The notes: a model not told the origin generated them from the sequence alone. DNA of 64,000 nucleotides from an uncultured Clostridia bacterium (GCA_947630745.1 CANRIT010000002.1:36474-100473); one strand, 5' to 3'. Positions 9,955 through 20,542 are shown, counted from the stretch's first letter. Program-made: numbers and translations.

Positions 9955-10872
9955 TTATTTGTTAACTTTTTCAACTTTTTTACGCTTTTTTGTGGATTGT
10001 TTATCGTTTTGATTTAAATTTTGCTCTTCCACCACATTTACTTTGCTTGGCTGCATGCTTAACTCTTCCGCTTGTTGTTCGGGTTTAGATTCACTTAATT
10101 GCTGGTCTTTTATGCTTTGCGCTTCACTTACATTTTCGTTTGCATTCGCTTTGGATTTGCGCTTGAAAATTTTAAAGAACAATTCATCCAACTTATCTTT
10201 AAAGCGCACGCTTAAATAGAACAGCACCGCCATAATCACAATTAAAACCGCCCAAACAATTAGCCCCCAACCTTTAAATGGAATTATTTCGCCGCGCCCA
10301 AGATACACAGTGCATAGAAGCCCAAGCCCGCGCGCGATTACATTCGTCCAAAAGAAAAATCCAAATCCCATTTGGGTAAGGCCAGCCACACAACACAAAA
10401 TGTCGTCCGGGAACATTGGGAACACCATCATCAAAAAGAATAGATATTTGCCTTCGCTCATTTTGTCAATCCATTTTTGTGCCGTATCTTTGCCAATCAT
10501 CCAATTTAAAAATGGTCTGCCCGCTTTGCGCCCGATTATAAACATAATAATGCTGCCCACCATAACAGCAAAATAACTCATGCAAAACGAAGGGAAAGGT
10601 CCAAACACCCATGCCCCCGCAATGGTTACAATAATTGCTGGGATTTGTAGCACTGTGGTTTGTAAAATTTGAAACAGAATAAAAATCGCAACTGAAAAGC
10701 CGCCACCCTTTTTTACCACTTCTTGAATTTTTGCAATTGAATTAAGCCCAGTTGCACGCAGAATAAAATATCCGCCCACAAAAATGCCAGCAAACAAAAG
10801 AATAACAAGACTAAAACGCAAAATCTTGCCATGCAAAGTATTGTTGTCAAATGCCTTTTTTAATTTTTTCAT
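9955..10872 (-). CDS. TVP38/TMEM64 (DedA/VTT) family membrane protein
   Basis: IPAIIVTIAGAWVFG, FIIGRKAGR, FPMFPDDILCCVAGLT. Confidence 0.88.
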   Translation of the reverse strand: MKKLKKAFDNNTLHGKILRFSLVILLFAGIFVGGYFILRATGLNSIAKIQEVVKKGGGFSVAIFILFQILQTTVLQIPAIIVTIAGAWVFGPFPSFCMSYFAVMVGSIIMFIIGRKAGRPFLNWMIGKDTAQKWIDKMSEGKYLFFLMMVFPMFPDDILCCVAGLTQMGFGFFFWTNVIARGLGLLCTVYLGRGEIIPFKGWGLIVWAVLIVIMAVLFYLSVRFKDKLDELFFKIFKRKSKANANENVSEAQSIKDQQLSESKPEQQAEELSMQPSKVNVVEEQNLNQNDKQSTKKRKKVEKVNK

Positions 10873-11028
10873 TTATAATATTATATTCATTTTTGGTTTT
10901 GTTAGCAATAATTTATATTATATTCAATTTTTATTTTTTGAACAGATTATATTATATTCATTTTTTTTAACATCTTCCAAAAACTCACTTTTTTTTAAAA
11001 TCTCGATAAAATTTTGATAATTTTTGTG

Positions 11029-11069
11029 TTTTTTTGATGTTTTTTTGATGTTTTTTTGATGTTTTTTTG
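11029..11069. repeat. 11-bp tandem repeat (TTTTTTTGATG)x3 plus a partial copy
   Basis: Read directly, between the pyk stop and the DedA-family start. Confidence 0.9.
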
Positions 11070-11078
11070 TTAAATTTT

Positions 11079-12485
11079 TTAAATTTCTTCAACTTTTATT
11101 AAATTTGTGCAACCATTTTGTTTTGGCTGCCCGCTGGTTATAACAATTTTATCTCCCGCTTTTGCCATGTTGTTTTTAACAACAAAATCGTGCGCAAGGT
11201 TAAACATTTTTTCCACAGTTGAATAAACTGGCGTCAAAATTGGGTATACCCCCCAGTGTATATCAAGTTGGCGGTAAACTTTTGGATTGAATGTTGCGCC
11301 AATAATTTGTGTGGCTGGTCTAAATCGGCTTATCATTGCCGCGCTTGTGCCAGTGGAAGTAAACACAACAATCGCTTTTGTCTTTTGCAAAAAACTTGCG
11401 CTTACCGCCGAGTGGCTTATTACATCTGTGGTGTTGTTTAGTTTAATAAATCCCTTTTCAAAACGCTTGCAGTAGTCGATATGTTTTTCCGTTTCTTCAC
11501 ACACTTTTGCCATGGTTTTAACCGCCTCAACTGGGTGTTTGCCCGCAGCCGTTTCGCCCGACAACATAACCGCGCTGCTACCATCGTACACCGCATTTGC
11601 CACATCGCTTACTTCTGCGCGTGTCGGACGAGATGAAGTTATCATACTCTCCAACATCTCGGTTGCAGTGATAACAAACTTGCCCGAATGCAACGCCTTT
11701 TTAATCATAACTTTTTGTATGTCAGGCAAGCGTTCAACTGGCAGTTCAACCCCCAAATCGCCGCGCGCCACCATAAGCCCATCGGTTTGTTCAATAATTT
11801 TGTCCAAATTGTTTACCCCACGCTGACTTTCAATTTTTGCCACAATCTGCATGTTTCCGCCATTGTCCGCAATAAATTTTTTAAGTTCAATTAGGTCGGC
11901 AGGGTCGTTTACAAAACTTGCCGCAACAAATTCCACATCATTTTTTATTCCCCACAAAATGTCTTGCTTGTCCGCCTCGTTAAGATAAGGCACGGAAAAA
12001 CTTACATTTGGCAGACTTAGACTTTTGCGATTTGAAATTACCCCGCTGTTTTCTGCAATTGTAACCACATCTTTGCCCACAATTTCAACCACTTTAAAGG
12101 TTAAAAGGCCGTTGACCGCCAAAATTTTTTGACCAACCTTTATGCAGTTTACAATTTGCGGAAGATTGAAACTTACAATATTTTCATCCCCAACAACATC
12201 GCGCGCAGTAAACACAAATTTTTGCCCGCGCTTGATTTTTACCTGACCGGCAGCAAAAGTTTTTACTCGGATTTCCGGGCCGCGCGTGTCAATCATAACA
12301 GGAAGCGGCTTGTTTAATTCTTTGCGTAACTTTTTTATGTTCGCCATAATTTTATCCATGTCGGGCAGCTGCGCATGCGAAAGATTTATCCGCACCACAT
12401 TCATGCCCGCCAACGCCAATTTTTTAAGCATGGCATATTCCATACTTACCGGACCGATAGTTGCCACAATTTTAGTTTTTCTCAT
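11079..12485 (-). CDS. pyk: Pyruvate kinase
   Basis: KTKIVATIGP, DTRGPEIR, VAKIES, MVARGDLGVE, ATEMLESM, PTRAEVSDVANA, MLSGETA. Confidence 0.98.
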   Translation of the reverse strand: MRKTKIVATIGPVSMEYAMLKKLALAGMNVVRINLSHAQLPDMDKIMANIKKLRKELNKPLPVMIDTRGPEIRVKTFAAGQVKIKRGQKFVFTARDVVGDENIVSFNLPQIVNCIKVGQKILAVNGLLTFKVVEIVGKDVVTIAENSGVISNRKSLSLPNVSFSVPYLNEADKQDILWGIKNDVEFVAASFVNDPADLIELKKFIADNGGNMQIVAKIESQRGVNNLDKIIEQTDGLMVARGDLGVELPVERLPDIQKVMIKKALHSGKFVITATEMLESMITSSRPTRAEVSDVANAVYDGSSAVMLSGETAAGKHPVEAVKTMAKVCEETEKHIDYCKRFEKGFIKLNNTTDVISHSAVSASFLQKTKAIVVFTSTGTSAAMISRFRPATQIIGATFNPKVYRQLDIHWGVYPILTPVYSTVEKMFNLAHDFVVKNNMAKAGDKIVITSGQPKQNGCTNLIKVEEI

Positions 12486-12932
12486 TTCCCCTCCAAACTT
12501 TTTACATTATATCATAATTAAAAAATTATCCAAAACAAATAATATAATTTGACAAATATTTTAAAATGCGGCTTGCCAATAAATTTTTTGTTCGATTGCA
12601 TATTCAACTTATAAACTGATATATTTAATGTCGCATGTCATTTTTTACCGCTGGATATTTATTTAAATCCACTGTGTTAATAATATTTAAATTTGGTTAG
12701 ATTTTCATCAGCGGACTTTTACTTATAGTTATCAAATTGATAAATAGAGATATGTTTTTTTATTTTATCGCTTGCTTTTTTAATCAATAAGGTTTATGTA
12801 AAATATGTTTTTTGTAACTGTTTTGATTATTCAAAAAAATTACTGCGCCGCACAAAAGTATTCTCAAAAATAAAAAATTTTATAAAAAATCAATAAAATT
12901 TTGCGTTTTTTAATCATTTTTTGCAAAATCCC

Positions 12933-12960
12933 TTGAAAATTTTTAATAATGTGATATAAT
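12933..12960 (+). promoter_or_regulatory. Sigma70-type promoter facing the repeat region and ssrA
   Basis: TTGAAA, 16 bp spacer, TATAAT with TG extended -10. Confidence 0.55.
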
Positions 12961-13077
12961 TAAATTGCAAAATCCCAAACAATCCCCAAAGGCTCATATG
13001 GATTTGCCCCTAAAAAGAAATTTTCACTGACAAACTATCATATATAACAACAGTGAAAATGATTACAAATGGCATAA

Positions 13078-13636
13078 GTCTTCGAAGAAATTGCTATCAA
13101 ATTAATACTCACCTGCCTTACTTTCAAAATGAAGAGATTATAAAGGGAAACGCGCTTTGCATAATTTATTTGCCCGCATAGGAATAACATTCAATGACTA
13201 ACTTACTCCGCTTTCAAAATGAAGGGATTATAAAGGGAAACACGCTTTACTTTATTATCCAACTTCGTGTGTCCCTTTATAGAGGAGCAAACAAGTATAG
13301 GCTTACAATTATTTGTCTCGCAAATAATTTAGCAAATGCGCAGTTTGTGACGATGTGTGTCCCTTTATAAAGCGGGCAATTAGCCCAAAAGTGAAATTTT
13401 CGCATCTCTTCAGTTCGCATTCTTTGCGAAAATGATAATAAAGGGCATACGTCTTCGAAGAAATTGCTATCAAATTAATACTCACCTGCCTTACTTTCAA
13501 AATGAAGAGATTATAAAGGGAAACGCGCTTTGCACAATTTACTCGCTCCGTGTGTCCCTTTATAGTAAAGGCGCAAACAAGCATTAGGCTTACAATTAAT
13601 TTGTCCCACAAATTAATTTAGCAAATGTGAAGTTTG
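13078..13636. repeat. Mosaic direct/inverted repeat region upstream of ssrA
   Basis: 84-bp exact direct repeat (13078-13161 = 13451-13534); motif TATAAAGGGA(A/C)AC(A/G)C in both orientations; two similar units of about 140 bp. Confidence 0.85.
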
Positions 13637-13643
13637 CGCCTGG

Positions 13644-13999
13644 GGGGATGACTTAGTTTCGACTGGCTGGTTATTTGCTTATACGCATGCCGAGCGACAT
13701 CTCGCTAAACATGTGTTCGTTTGCTCGAACTTAAATAAACGCTAACAAACAAAACAAACTCGCTTACGCTGCCTAGTTGCGCGTGGCCGTCAGTTTAATG
13801 GTACCGATACATTAAAGTCTGGCGTCGAACATCGGTTAACGCCACAACCTGTTGCCTAGCAGTTTGCGGTGTACAACAAGGCTAGCCAAATTAAGGTGTC
13901 AACGAAGTTTAATTTGGTGAACTCAGACATTGACTAAGCATGTAGTGTATGAGCACATCTCCCGTCAGGACAGGGGTGCAACTCCCCTCATCTCCACCA
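13644..13999 (+). ncRNA. ssrA: tmRNA; tag peptide ANKQNKLAYAA* (13741-13776)
   Basis: 5' GGGGATG pairs with 3' CATCTCC-ACCA; TTTCGAC near the 5' end, T-arm-like GGGGTGCAACTCCCC near the 3' end, resume-codon context TAAAC-GCT, tag ending YAA. Confidence 0.96.
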
Positions 14000-14027
14000 A
14001 AAAAACCACCATGATTGGTGGTTTTTT
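14000..14027. terminator. Bidirectional terminator between ssrA and the Ig-like gene
   Basis: AAAAAACCACCA-tgat-TGGTGGTTTTTT. Confidence 0.85.
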
Positions 14028-14031
14028 AGAT

Positions 14032-17000
14032 TTATAGAGATATATTTGTAGCGCGTTGTTTTTTGTCAGGTAAAATGATATATAAATTGTTATTTGCAAT
14101 TGTTTGACTGCTTAATTCTATTGCTTCATTTGCAGTTGAATTATCTGGCCAAACAACATCTTTCAGCGTGCTTTTTAAATGTTCTATATGATTTTGTTCC
14201 CTGCCTTCAATTAAGTTAGGGTCGCGGTAAACTTTTTCCATATGCCACCTTGTGTGGTCGGTATTTTTTACAAGTGCGCCATTTTCAACAGTTTTATATT
14301 GGCAAAGCAAACGAATATCATCTGGGTTATCGAACAATTTGCTCATGTCGCGGTCTTTGTAATAGCCGTTAACATTTAATCCACCATCAAAGTCCACTGT
14401 TTTGTTATATGTCCATGCTGGACGAGCGCCAAATAGATTAAACACAATTGTAAGGTCGCTGCCTTTATCATCATAACTTTCACCATTCCAAAAATATGGT
14501 TTGTTTGATTCGTAAGCCGCAACTATAAATAAAACTGGGTTACAATAACGGTTTCTTAAAACTTTAATAGGGTCACTAAGCCCATCATTGGTTTTTCCAA
14601 ACCATTCTGCGTATTTATCATATGTTTTATTAACGGCGTCATAACCAAAACCTTCACCATAGCCCTTGTCTATGCAAATCTTACTTAATGTATTATAACA
14701 CAATATATCATTAAAGCCCTTAAAATAGCAACCCATATTCTTTTTATTTTCAAATAATATGGCCGCGTTAGATTCTGTAAACACTACATTTTCAAAATAG
14801 GCTTTATCGTTTGTAAATGACAATTGATAGCATGCCCATGAAGCATATCTTAATACACTATTTTTAATGTAACTATAAGTGCCTAGTTCATCTCTCTTAT
14901 TCCCGCCATTTCCAGTGTCTGGAACTGAATTGTCGTAGAATGTGTTAACCTTAGACATATATTGAATGTCGCTATAATAAGCATAACCAATTCTAAACAC
15001 CATAGCTTGTTTAGTTCGTGATATTATGTCTGTAGAATTAGAACCCTTAAGTGTCAAGTTATAAATGTGCTCAAATGATGCACCATTGTGATATCCAAGT
15101 TGGCTTACTGCATAACCATTATCAGTGTCTTTTTTACTATAGGCCTCATCAATCAATTGTTGATTGCGTGCTTGTAAGTTTATGTGATACCCATTTCCAT
15201 ACACGGTTGTTTTACTTACATTGTCTGGGCTTGTTAAAACTGTATTTTCTTCTGGGTTTGGAATTTCACCTGGACCATATAAATTTGTGTGAAGAACAAT
15301 TTTGTCGTTGTTGTAATAACCTTCTGCGTCAAACACATTAACAACTTGGTCATCGTCAAGCACATTAAAGTTAAAGTGGCGATTTATTCCACCAACCGCA
15401 CCATCTCCCGCTTCAATTTGCAAGAATGAGTAGGCGTTTTTGCTTGGGTCAAATATGCGGTCGGTGTCGTCCTTTTCAACCAGTTGTGGCTGCACCCAAT
15501 TTTTATCGTCCGCGAAGTTTCCAAAATAACTGTTTTGCACATCGCTTTCAGTTAGTCCTGCAAAATTGCCGAAATATATGCGTGCATATCCCGGCTCACT
15601 AAACACGTCCACCCAAATTACGCCGTTTGGATTTTTGCCATCTTTGCCAACAACAACATTGCCCGCTTGGTCTTTTAAAACATAGCCATCTTCATCTGGT
15701 GTAATTGTGTAGGTAGTGCCGCCAAATGTTACATCGTATCCAAGTTGAGATGTTACAATTTGTTTATCATTTCCAACAACGCGGGTTAAATTCCAACAAA
15801 TAACTTCTGGGTTGGCAGTTTGTTCACCAATAAGGTTGGATATCGCTTTAAATGGCATTTTAAAGTAATCCACCACGCTACCATAATAGCTGTGCTTTGC
15901 AAACACGCGCACTTGTTGAATACCTAAATACACATCATCCTTTTTGTTGGAGATGTCAAATCCTTTAAATTCCACCGAGGTCAAATTTATCCTTGATAGG
16001 TGCAAGGTTGTGGATAAATCTTTATAACTTATTTTAACATCATTAATAAATTCTTTTTTGCCGTTAAACTCCAACGTGATTTGCTTGTTTAATGCGCTGT
16101 AATTTGCATCCCAGCCATCCAAGCCCGTAAGGTCAACATTAAACATTCCTTTAAATGTATCGTCATCGCCAAACCCGCCTAAAAGGTTAGTTTCGGTTAC
16201 AATTTCAAGCGTAATTTGGTCTAACACATCGCTTGGCACTTTTAATGGATATTCTAGGCTATCTTTAACATGGTCAATTGTGCCAATTGTGTTGTTTAAT
16301 GCAATAAATTTAATGCCAAAATCGCTTAATTCAACCTTGTTTACAACAAAATTAAAGGTTGCATTGCCGCATTTAACATCGATTGTGTTTGCGGTTTGCA
16401 CATTTAATGTAATAATTCCATTTTCCGCATTCATCCAACCAGTTTGCGAATCTATTTTATATTGTATTGTTTGGTCGGTCACTTTTCTTCCGTCCGCACG
16501 GCAAGGTACAACATTAAATGTCAACTCGTCAAGCAGTGTTTTGTATATCTCTTCGTTTACAATCTCAGTTTGATTATTTGTTATTTTAAGTTGGTCCGCT
16601 TTTGAATTTACGGTCACGCTTAGGTTAAATCTAGATTTGCCAACTTGGATTACCATTGACTGTTCGCTACAAACTTCATTGGCGTGCAAAATTATTATGT
16701 TGCCTTCAACTTCATTTGTCACGTATGAATTTTGGCTTATAATTGGCTTTGCTTCTGTTTCAGTTAAAGTAAGTTCAATTTGCTCACCAATATTGTTAAA
16801 TGTAATCTTATTTGTTGCACCTTCTTGTTTGCTTAATTGTTCGCCCGCCATGGTAAGTATTGCATCTTTGCCAACTTCCGATTCAATTTTGCTTATTGTT
16901 AAATTTTCCGTGTTGGTTACAAGTGTATCCGTATTAAAGTCGTACGCTTTTGACACCACAACAACATCAATAAAGTTTACGCAATCAATATCGGCACCAA

Positions 17001-18120
17001 ACACAAATCTATGTTTGTTGTTATCAAAAGTTATCAGGTCTAAATTTGGTGTAATTCCGTCCACATTGCAGGTTATTGACACTATCGATTTGCTTGCATC
17101 CACATCATCAAAATCAAACCCTTCCCAAACATCAAACCAATCGTTTGGCAACTCTGCGCCCGGCTGGCAGTCGCTCCACTGCACCAAATTTTGAATAAAT
17201 ATAGGTTTTGCAAAATATCCGCAAGTAGAAACAAATGTTTTGCGTGCGCTAACTTGCCCGCCACCAAAATCGGTTGCGGTAGCGGTTATTGTAACTTTAC
17301 CCGCGGTTTTAAAAGATATTTTGCCATTATCATCCACTGTGGCAATGTCTTGGTTGCTAGAAAAGTAGGAATATACAATATCTTCTTGGTCTATATCTTC
17401 TGGCAACGCGCGCATTGAAGGGAATTGCACACTAGTGGCACTGGTTTGAATAACTTCCTTTTGTTCGCTTGTTGTTAACCCCGTTATCTTTGCATGGCAA
17501 GTTATTTCAAGTTCGGCATAAATACTCTCATTTTCAACCGAAGTGGCTATCACCTTTGCTGTTCCAGCACCCATCGCTGTTGCTGTTCCGTTGGCGCTTA
17601 CATCCAAAATTGCAGGATTTGAACTAGTCCATTTTATGCCTTTATTTTCTGCTTCTTGTGGATATATGCTTGCGGTTAATTCGACTTTGTCGCCTTGATA
17701 TAGGTCGCTTAATTGTTCATTTATTTTTACTGCATGCACTTTATCATCAGTAACAATAACCTTTCTTGTTGCCGATGCGGTTAAGTTTTCTTTACTTGTA
17801 ACGGTTACATATGTTTCACCATAAAAATTTGCGTGAATTATGCCATTGCTGTCTATTGTTACAATATCTTCATTTTCGCTTGTATAGTTAAGTTTTTTGT
17901 TTGTTGCTTTAATTGGCAATATGGTTATTTCTTCGCCCAAATTGTAGTTAGGCGCATTATCTTCATTATCCATAACAAGCACAATTGTGTCTTTGTTTGT
18001 AAGTTCAATCGTTTCCACATAAATATGCACAGAAATACTCATTATTGCACCGCTAACAAGCAAAATTGCTAGCAAAATAAGCGGCAATACAATTATGGTG
18101 GATGTCATTAGTTTTTTCAT
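14032..18120 (-). CDS. Large secreted/surface protein with bacterial Ig-like (Big_2) repeats
   Basis: 1362 aa; N-terminal hydrophobic anchor; repeats such as YTSENEDIVTIDSNGII, WTSSNPAILDVSANGTATA, FSSNQDIATVDDNGKI. Confidence 0.85.
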   Translation of the reverse strand: MKKLMTSTIIVLPLILLAILLVSGAIMSISVHIYVETIELTNKDTIVLVMDNEDNAPNYNLGEEITILPIKATNKKLNYTSENEDIVTIDSNGIIHANFYGETYVTVTSKENLTASATRKVIVTDDKVHAVKINEQLSDLYQGDKVELTASIYPQEAENKGIKWTSSNPAILDVSANGTATAMGAGTAKVIATSVENESIYAELEITCHAKITGLTTSEQKEVIQTSATSVQFPSMRALPEDIDQEDIVYSYFSSNQDIATVDDNGKISFKTAGKVTITATATDFGGGQVSARKTFVSTCGYFAKPIFIQNLVQWSDCQPGAELPNDWFDVWEGFDFDDVDASKSIVSITCNVDGITPNLDLITFDNNKHRFVFGADIDCVNFIDVVVVSKAYDFNTDTLVTNTENLTISKIESEVGKDAILTMAGEQLSKQEGATNKITFNNIGEQIELTLTETEAKPIISQNSYVTNEVEGNIIILHANEVCSEQSMVIQVGKSRFNLSVTVNSKADQLKITNNQTEIVNEEIYKTLLDELTFNVVPCRADGRKVTDQTIQYKIDSQTGWMNAENGIITLNVQTANTIDVKCGNATFNFVVNKVELSDFGIKFIALNNTIGTIDHVKDSLEYPLKVPSDVLDQITLEIVTETNLLGGFGDDDTFKGMFNVDLTGLDGWDANYSALNKQITLEFNGKKEFINDVKISYKDLSTTLHLSRINLTSVEFKGFDISNKKDDVYLGIQQVRVFAKHSYYGSVVDYFKMPFKAISNLIGEQTANPEVICWNLTRVVGNDKQIVTSQLGYDVTFGGTTYTITPDEDGYVLKDQAGNVVVGKDGKNPNGVIWVDVFSEPGYARIYFGNFAGLTESDVQNSYFGNFADDKNWVQPQLVEKDDTDRIFDPSKNAYSFLQIEAGDGAVGGINRHFNFNVLDDDQVVNVFDAEGYYNNDKIVLHTNLYGPGEIPNPEENTVLTSPDNVSKTTVYGNGYHINLQARNQQLIDEAYSKKDTDNGYAVSQLGYHNGASFEHIYNLTLKGSNSTDIISRTKQAMVFRIGYAYYSDIQYMSKVNTFYDNSVPDTGNGGNKRDELGTYSYIKNSVLRYASWACYQLSFTNDKAYFENVVFTESNAAILFENKKNMGCYFKGFNDILCYNTLSKICIDKGYGEGFGYDAVNKTYDKYAEWFGKTNDGLSDPIKVLRNRYCNPVLFIVAAYESNKPYFWNGESYDDKGSDLTIVFNLFGARPAWTYNKTVDFDGGLNVNGYYKDRDMSKLFDNPDDIRLLCQYKTVENGALVKNTDHTRWHMEKVYRDPNLIEGREQNHIEHLKSTLKDVVWPDNSTANEAIELSSQTIANNNLYIILPDKKQRATNISL

Positions 18121-18129
18121 AATTTCCTC

Positions 18130-19731
18130 CTACGATTCTATCTTTCTATACTTTTTGTTTGCGGTGAACCAGAAAACAAGCACATTTACAAGCGAATAGA
18201 TTGCTGCGGTTGCAATTATTATTAAATATGTAACCGCTTTGTAATTTTCCATAACTCGCGGTAAAACAATGCTTGCGACACCAAACAGCGCGGCAATTAT
18301 AAGTCCTATAACAAGCATAATTGTAACATTTATCTCTTCCGCCTCGCCGTTGGCTTTTGGTTTTAAATTAGGATTGACTAGGTTTAAATTCACGCCATTA
18401 AACACAATGCCAACAACAAACAAAAGTTGTGAAATTGCAAGCACAATAAGTTCGATTGTTGTTATAAATTTTAGGGCTGCCAAGACGATTGTGCTAATAA
18501 GCAATGCACCAAGGCTAACAACCACATTAACTGCTCCTTTAATGAGCAATTGTTTGCGATAGTTTACTGGTATCATTTTGGTTATATAAAAGTTTTTGCC
18601 TTCTATGCTTAAAATTGTTGCCGCGAACGAACTTATCATTGCCATAAATACGGATACAACCAGCATTGAAACACCAAAGTTTATACCGCTGCCAATTTGC
18701 GCTGTGCCAACCAAACCAACCAACCTGTTGCAGAAAAACACCATAACTGGGGTGGATATTGCCACACCTAAATAGAAAAACGAATAGGTTTTTGTTTGGA
18801 TAATTTCGTTTATTGTATGTTTTAAAATTGCCACTCCGCTTTTGCTATTATCCAGTTTTGAATATCTTTTGTAAACATCACTGCCGCCATCCAAAACTTT
18901 GGTGCGTATTTTTGTATAAACAACTTTCGCAACCAAAATTCCAAGTCCAATAAACACCACACCAAAACCAAGTGTTGCACCCAAACCAAGCCAAAATTTA
19001 TTAAAGAATATTATGTTTGATAGGTAATATGCTGGGTTGTAATAGCCATTTAAACTGGAAATCAAATTTTGCCAAATTTCAAGCGTGCCCTCTTCCCAAT
19101 TGCGATGGATAAAGAATTTTGCCAGCACATTTAAAACATAATAATAGGCAACAAACAAGCCAACCAAAAGAATTATGAACAATATAATTTTAATAACATT
19201 TTGTCTTTTTAATAATGTGCTTAAATACATTATTGGAATTGCAATAAAAATTGACAAAGCAAATGGGACAATTGGTAGCAAAATTGCTGCTAAAATAACG
19301 CCAAACACAAACGCCACAGATACGCAATTCATAGCAATGCCAAATGCTATCATTATAGGCAGAAGTAAAATTAAAGAATAGATTGTTAAGTCAATATAAT
19401 TTAAAATTAAACAACTTATAAACATCTTTATTGGGCTTAATGGAAACCTTGCCGTAATGTTTAAATCGCCCGGATGATAAAGTCGGTTAATTTGCATCCC
19501 AATTGCAACCACGGCCAAACCAATCATAATAATTGTTAAATACAAAACGGACAAATCTTTTGGCCTTACACTTATGCTCATTTTAAGCACAAAAGAAAGC
19601 CCAGCAACAAGCGCCAATGCAACCAAAACTGCCAGCAGCGCTATAAGTGAAGTTACAATTGCATTAAGTTTGCTATTATTGCGGTTTAACCCCCATTTTA
19701 ATTTAAGTTGCAAGCGGATGAAATTAAACAT
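18130..19731 (-). CDS. ABC exporter permease (multi-TM)
   Basis: 533 aa with many hydrophobic helices; overlaps the ATPase stop. Confidence 0.85.
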   Translation of the reverse strand: MFNFIRLQLKLKWGLNRNNSKLNAIVTSLIALLAVLVALALVAGLSFVLKMSISVRPKDLSVLYLTIIMIGLAVVAIGMQINRLYHPGDLNITARFPLSPIKMFISCLILNYIDLTIYSLILLLPIMIAFGIAMNCVSVAFVFGVILAAILLPIVPFALSIFIAIPIMYLSTLLKRQNVIKIILFIILLVGLFVAYYYVLNVLAKFFIHRNWEEGTLEIWQNLISSLNGYYNPAYYLSNIIFFNKFWLGLGATLGFGVVFIGLGILVAKVVYTKIRTKVLDGGSDVYKRYSKLDNSKSGVAILKHTINEIIQTKTYSFFYLGVAISTPVMVFFCNRLVGLVGTAQIGSGINFGVSMLVVSVFMAMISSFAATILSIEGKNFYITKMIPVNYRKQLLIKGAVNVVVSLGALLISTIVLAALKFITTIELIVLAISQLLFVVGIVFNGVNLNLVNPNLKPKANGEAEEINVTIMLVIGLIIAALFGVASIVLPRVMENYKAVTYLIIIATAAIYSLVNVLVFWFTANKKYRKIES

Positions 19732-20443
19732 CGTCCACCTCGTTTACTTCCATAAATATCTTTTGAAGGTTTGCTTTTTTATTTTTGCGCAAGTCAACAA
19801 TCTTTGCAACTTCGCCATGCTTTATAAATACAACTTTGTCACACGCCTTTTGCACCGTTTCCAAACTGTGGGAAGAAAACAAAACGGATTTTCTTGTTTT
19901 TGCATAATCTTTAATAAATTTTATAAGCAACGCCATAGTTTGTGGGTCAAGCCCAACCATTGGCTCATCCAAAATCCAAAGCGATGGATTATGAACAATT
20001 GCACCCAAAATGCAAATTTTTTGCTTCATCCCGTGCGAATAGTTTGCAATTTGCATATCAAGCGCGTAATCTATGTTAAATTGTTTTGCAAGCGTATCGG
20101 TTACATATTGCTTTTGCCCTTTTGTTGCACCATATAAACTGCCCATATAGTTTATATATTCACGCCCAGTCAACTTTTCGTAAACAGAGTGGTCGTCTGG
20201 CACATAACCGATACGCTTTTTTGCTTGCTCGCTTTGCTTTACAATATCAAAACCATCAATTTCAATTGCGCCTTGTTGAAATGGCAAAACACCAATTATG
20301 CTTTTTATAATTGTAGACTTGCCCGCACCATTGCTGCCCACCAAACCAACAACCTCACCATTATTAACGGTAAAACTAACATCCTTGGCAGAAAGTCTGT
20401 CGCTGTTTTGATATTTTTTATTTAAACCTTTAACTACAAGCAT
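19724..20443 (-). CDS. ABC transporter ATP-binding protein
   Basis: GSNGAGKS Walker A, YSHGMKQK signature, ILDEP Walker B, SSH. Confidence 0.96.
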   Translation of the reverse strand: MLVVKGLNKKYQNSDRLSAKDVSFTVNNGEVVGLVGSNGAGKSTIIKSIIGVLPFQQGAIEIDGFDIVKQSEQAKKRIGYVPDDHSVYEKLTGREYINYMGSLYGATKGQKQYVTDTLAKQFNIDYALDMQIANYSHGMKQKICILGAIVHNPSLWILDEPMVGLDPQTMALLIKFIKDYAKTRKSVLFSSHSLETVQKACDKVVFIKHGEVAKIVDLRKNKKANLQKIFMEVNEVDDV

Positions 20444-20515
20444 ATTTTCCCCCTAAAATATTTTGTGCAGTTTTTTTATTTTTCTACATTTTTCTACATT
20501 TTTCTTGCTACCTTA

Positions 20516-20542
20516 ATTTTAGCGCCCCCCCCCCTAATGTCA
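20516..20542 (-). promoter_or_regulatory. Promoter with G9 tract in the spacer (candidate phase-variable promoter)
   Basis: Minus strand TTGACA-ttaGGGGGGGGGcgc-TAAAAT; spacer 15 bp. Confidence 0.65.

Noticed and set aside
13309-13611. 100-aa minus-strand ORF upstream of ssrA
   Set aside because: Lies wholly within the mosaic repeat; no RBS or recognisable protein features
13983-14032. Prophage or island integration at the ssrA 3' end
   Set aside because: No duplicated ssrA 3' end and no adjacent integrase seen in the window
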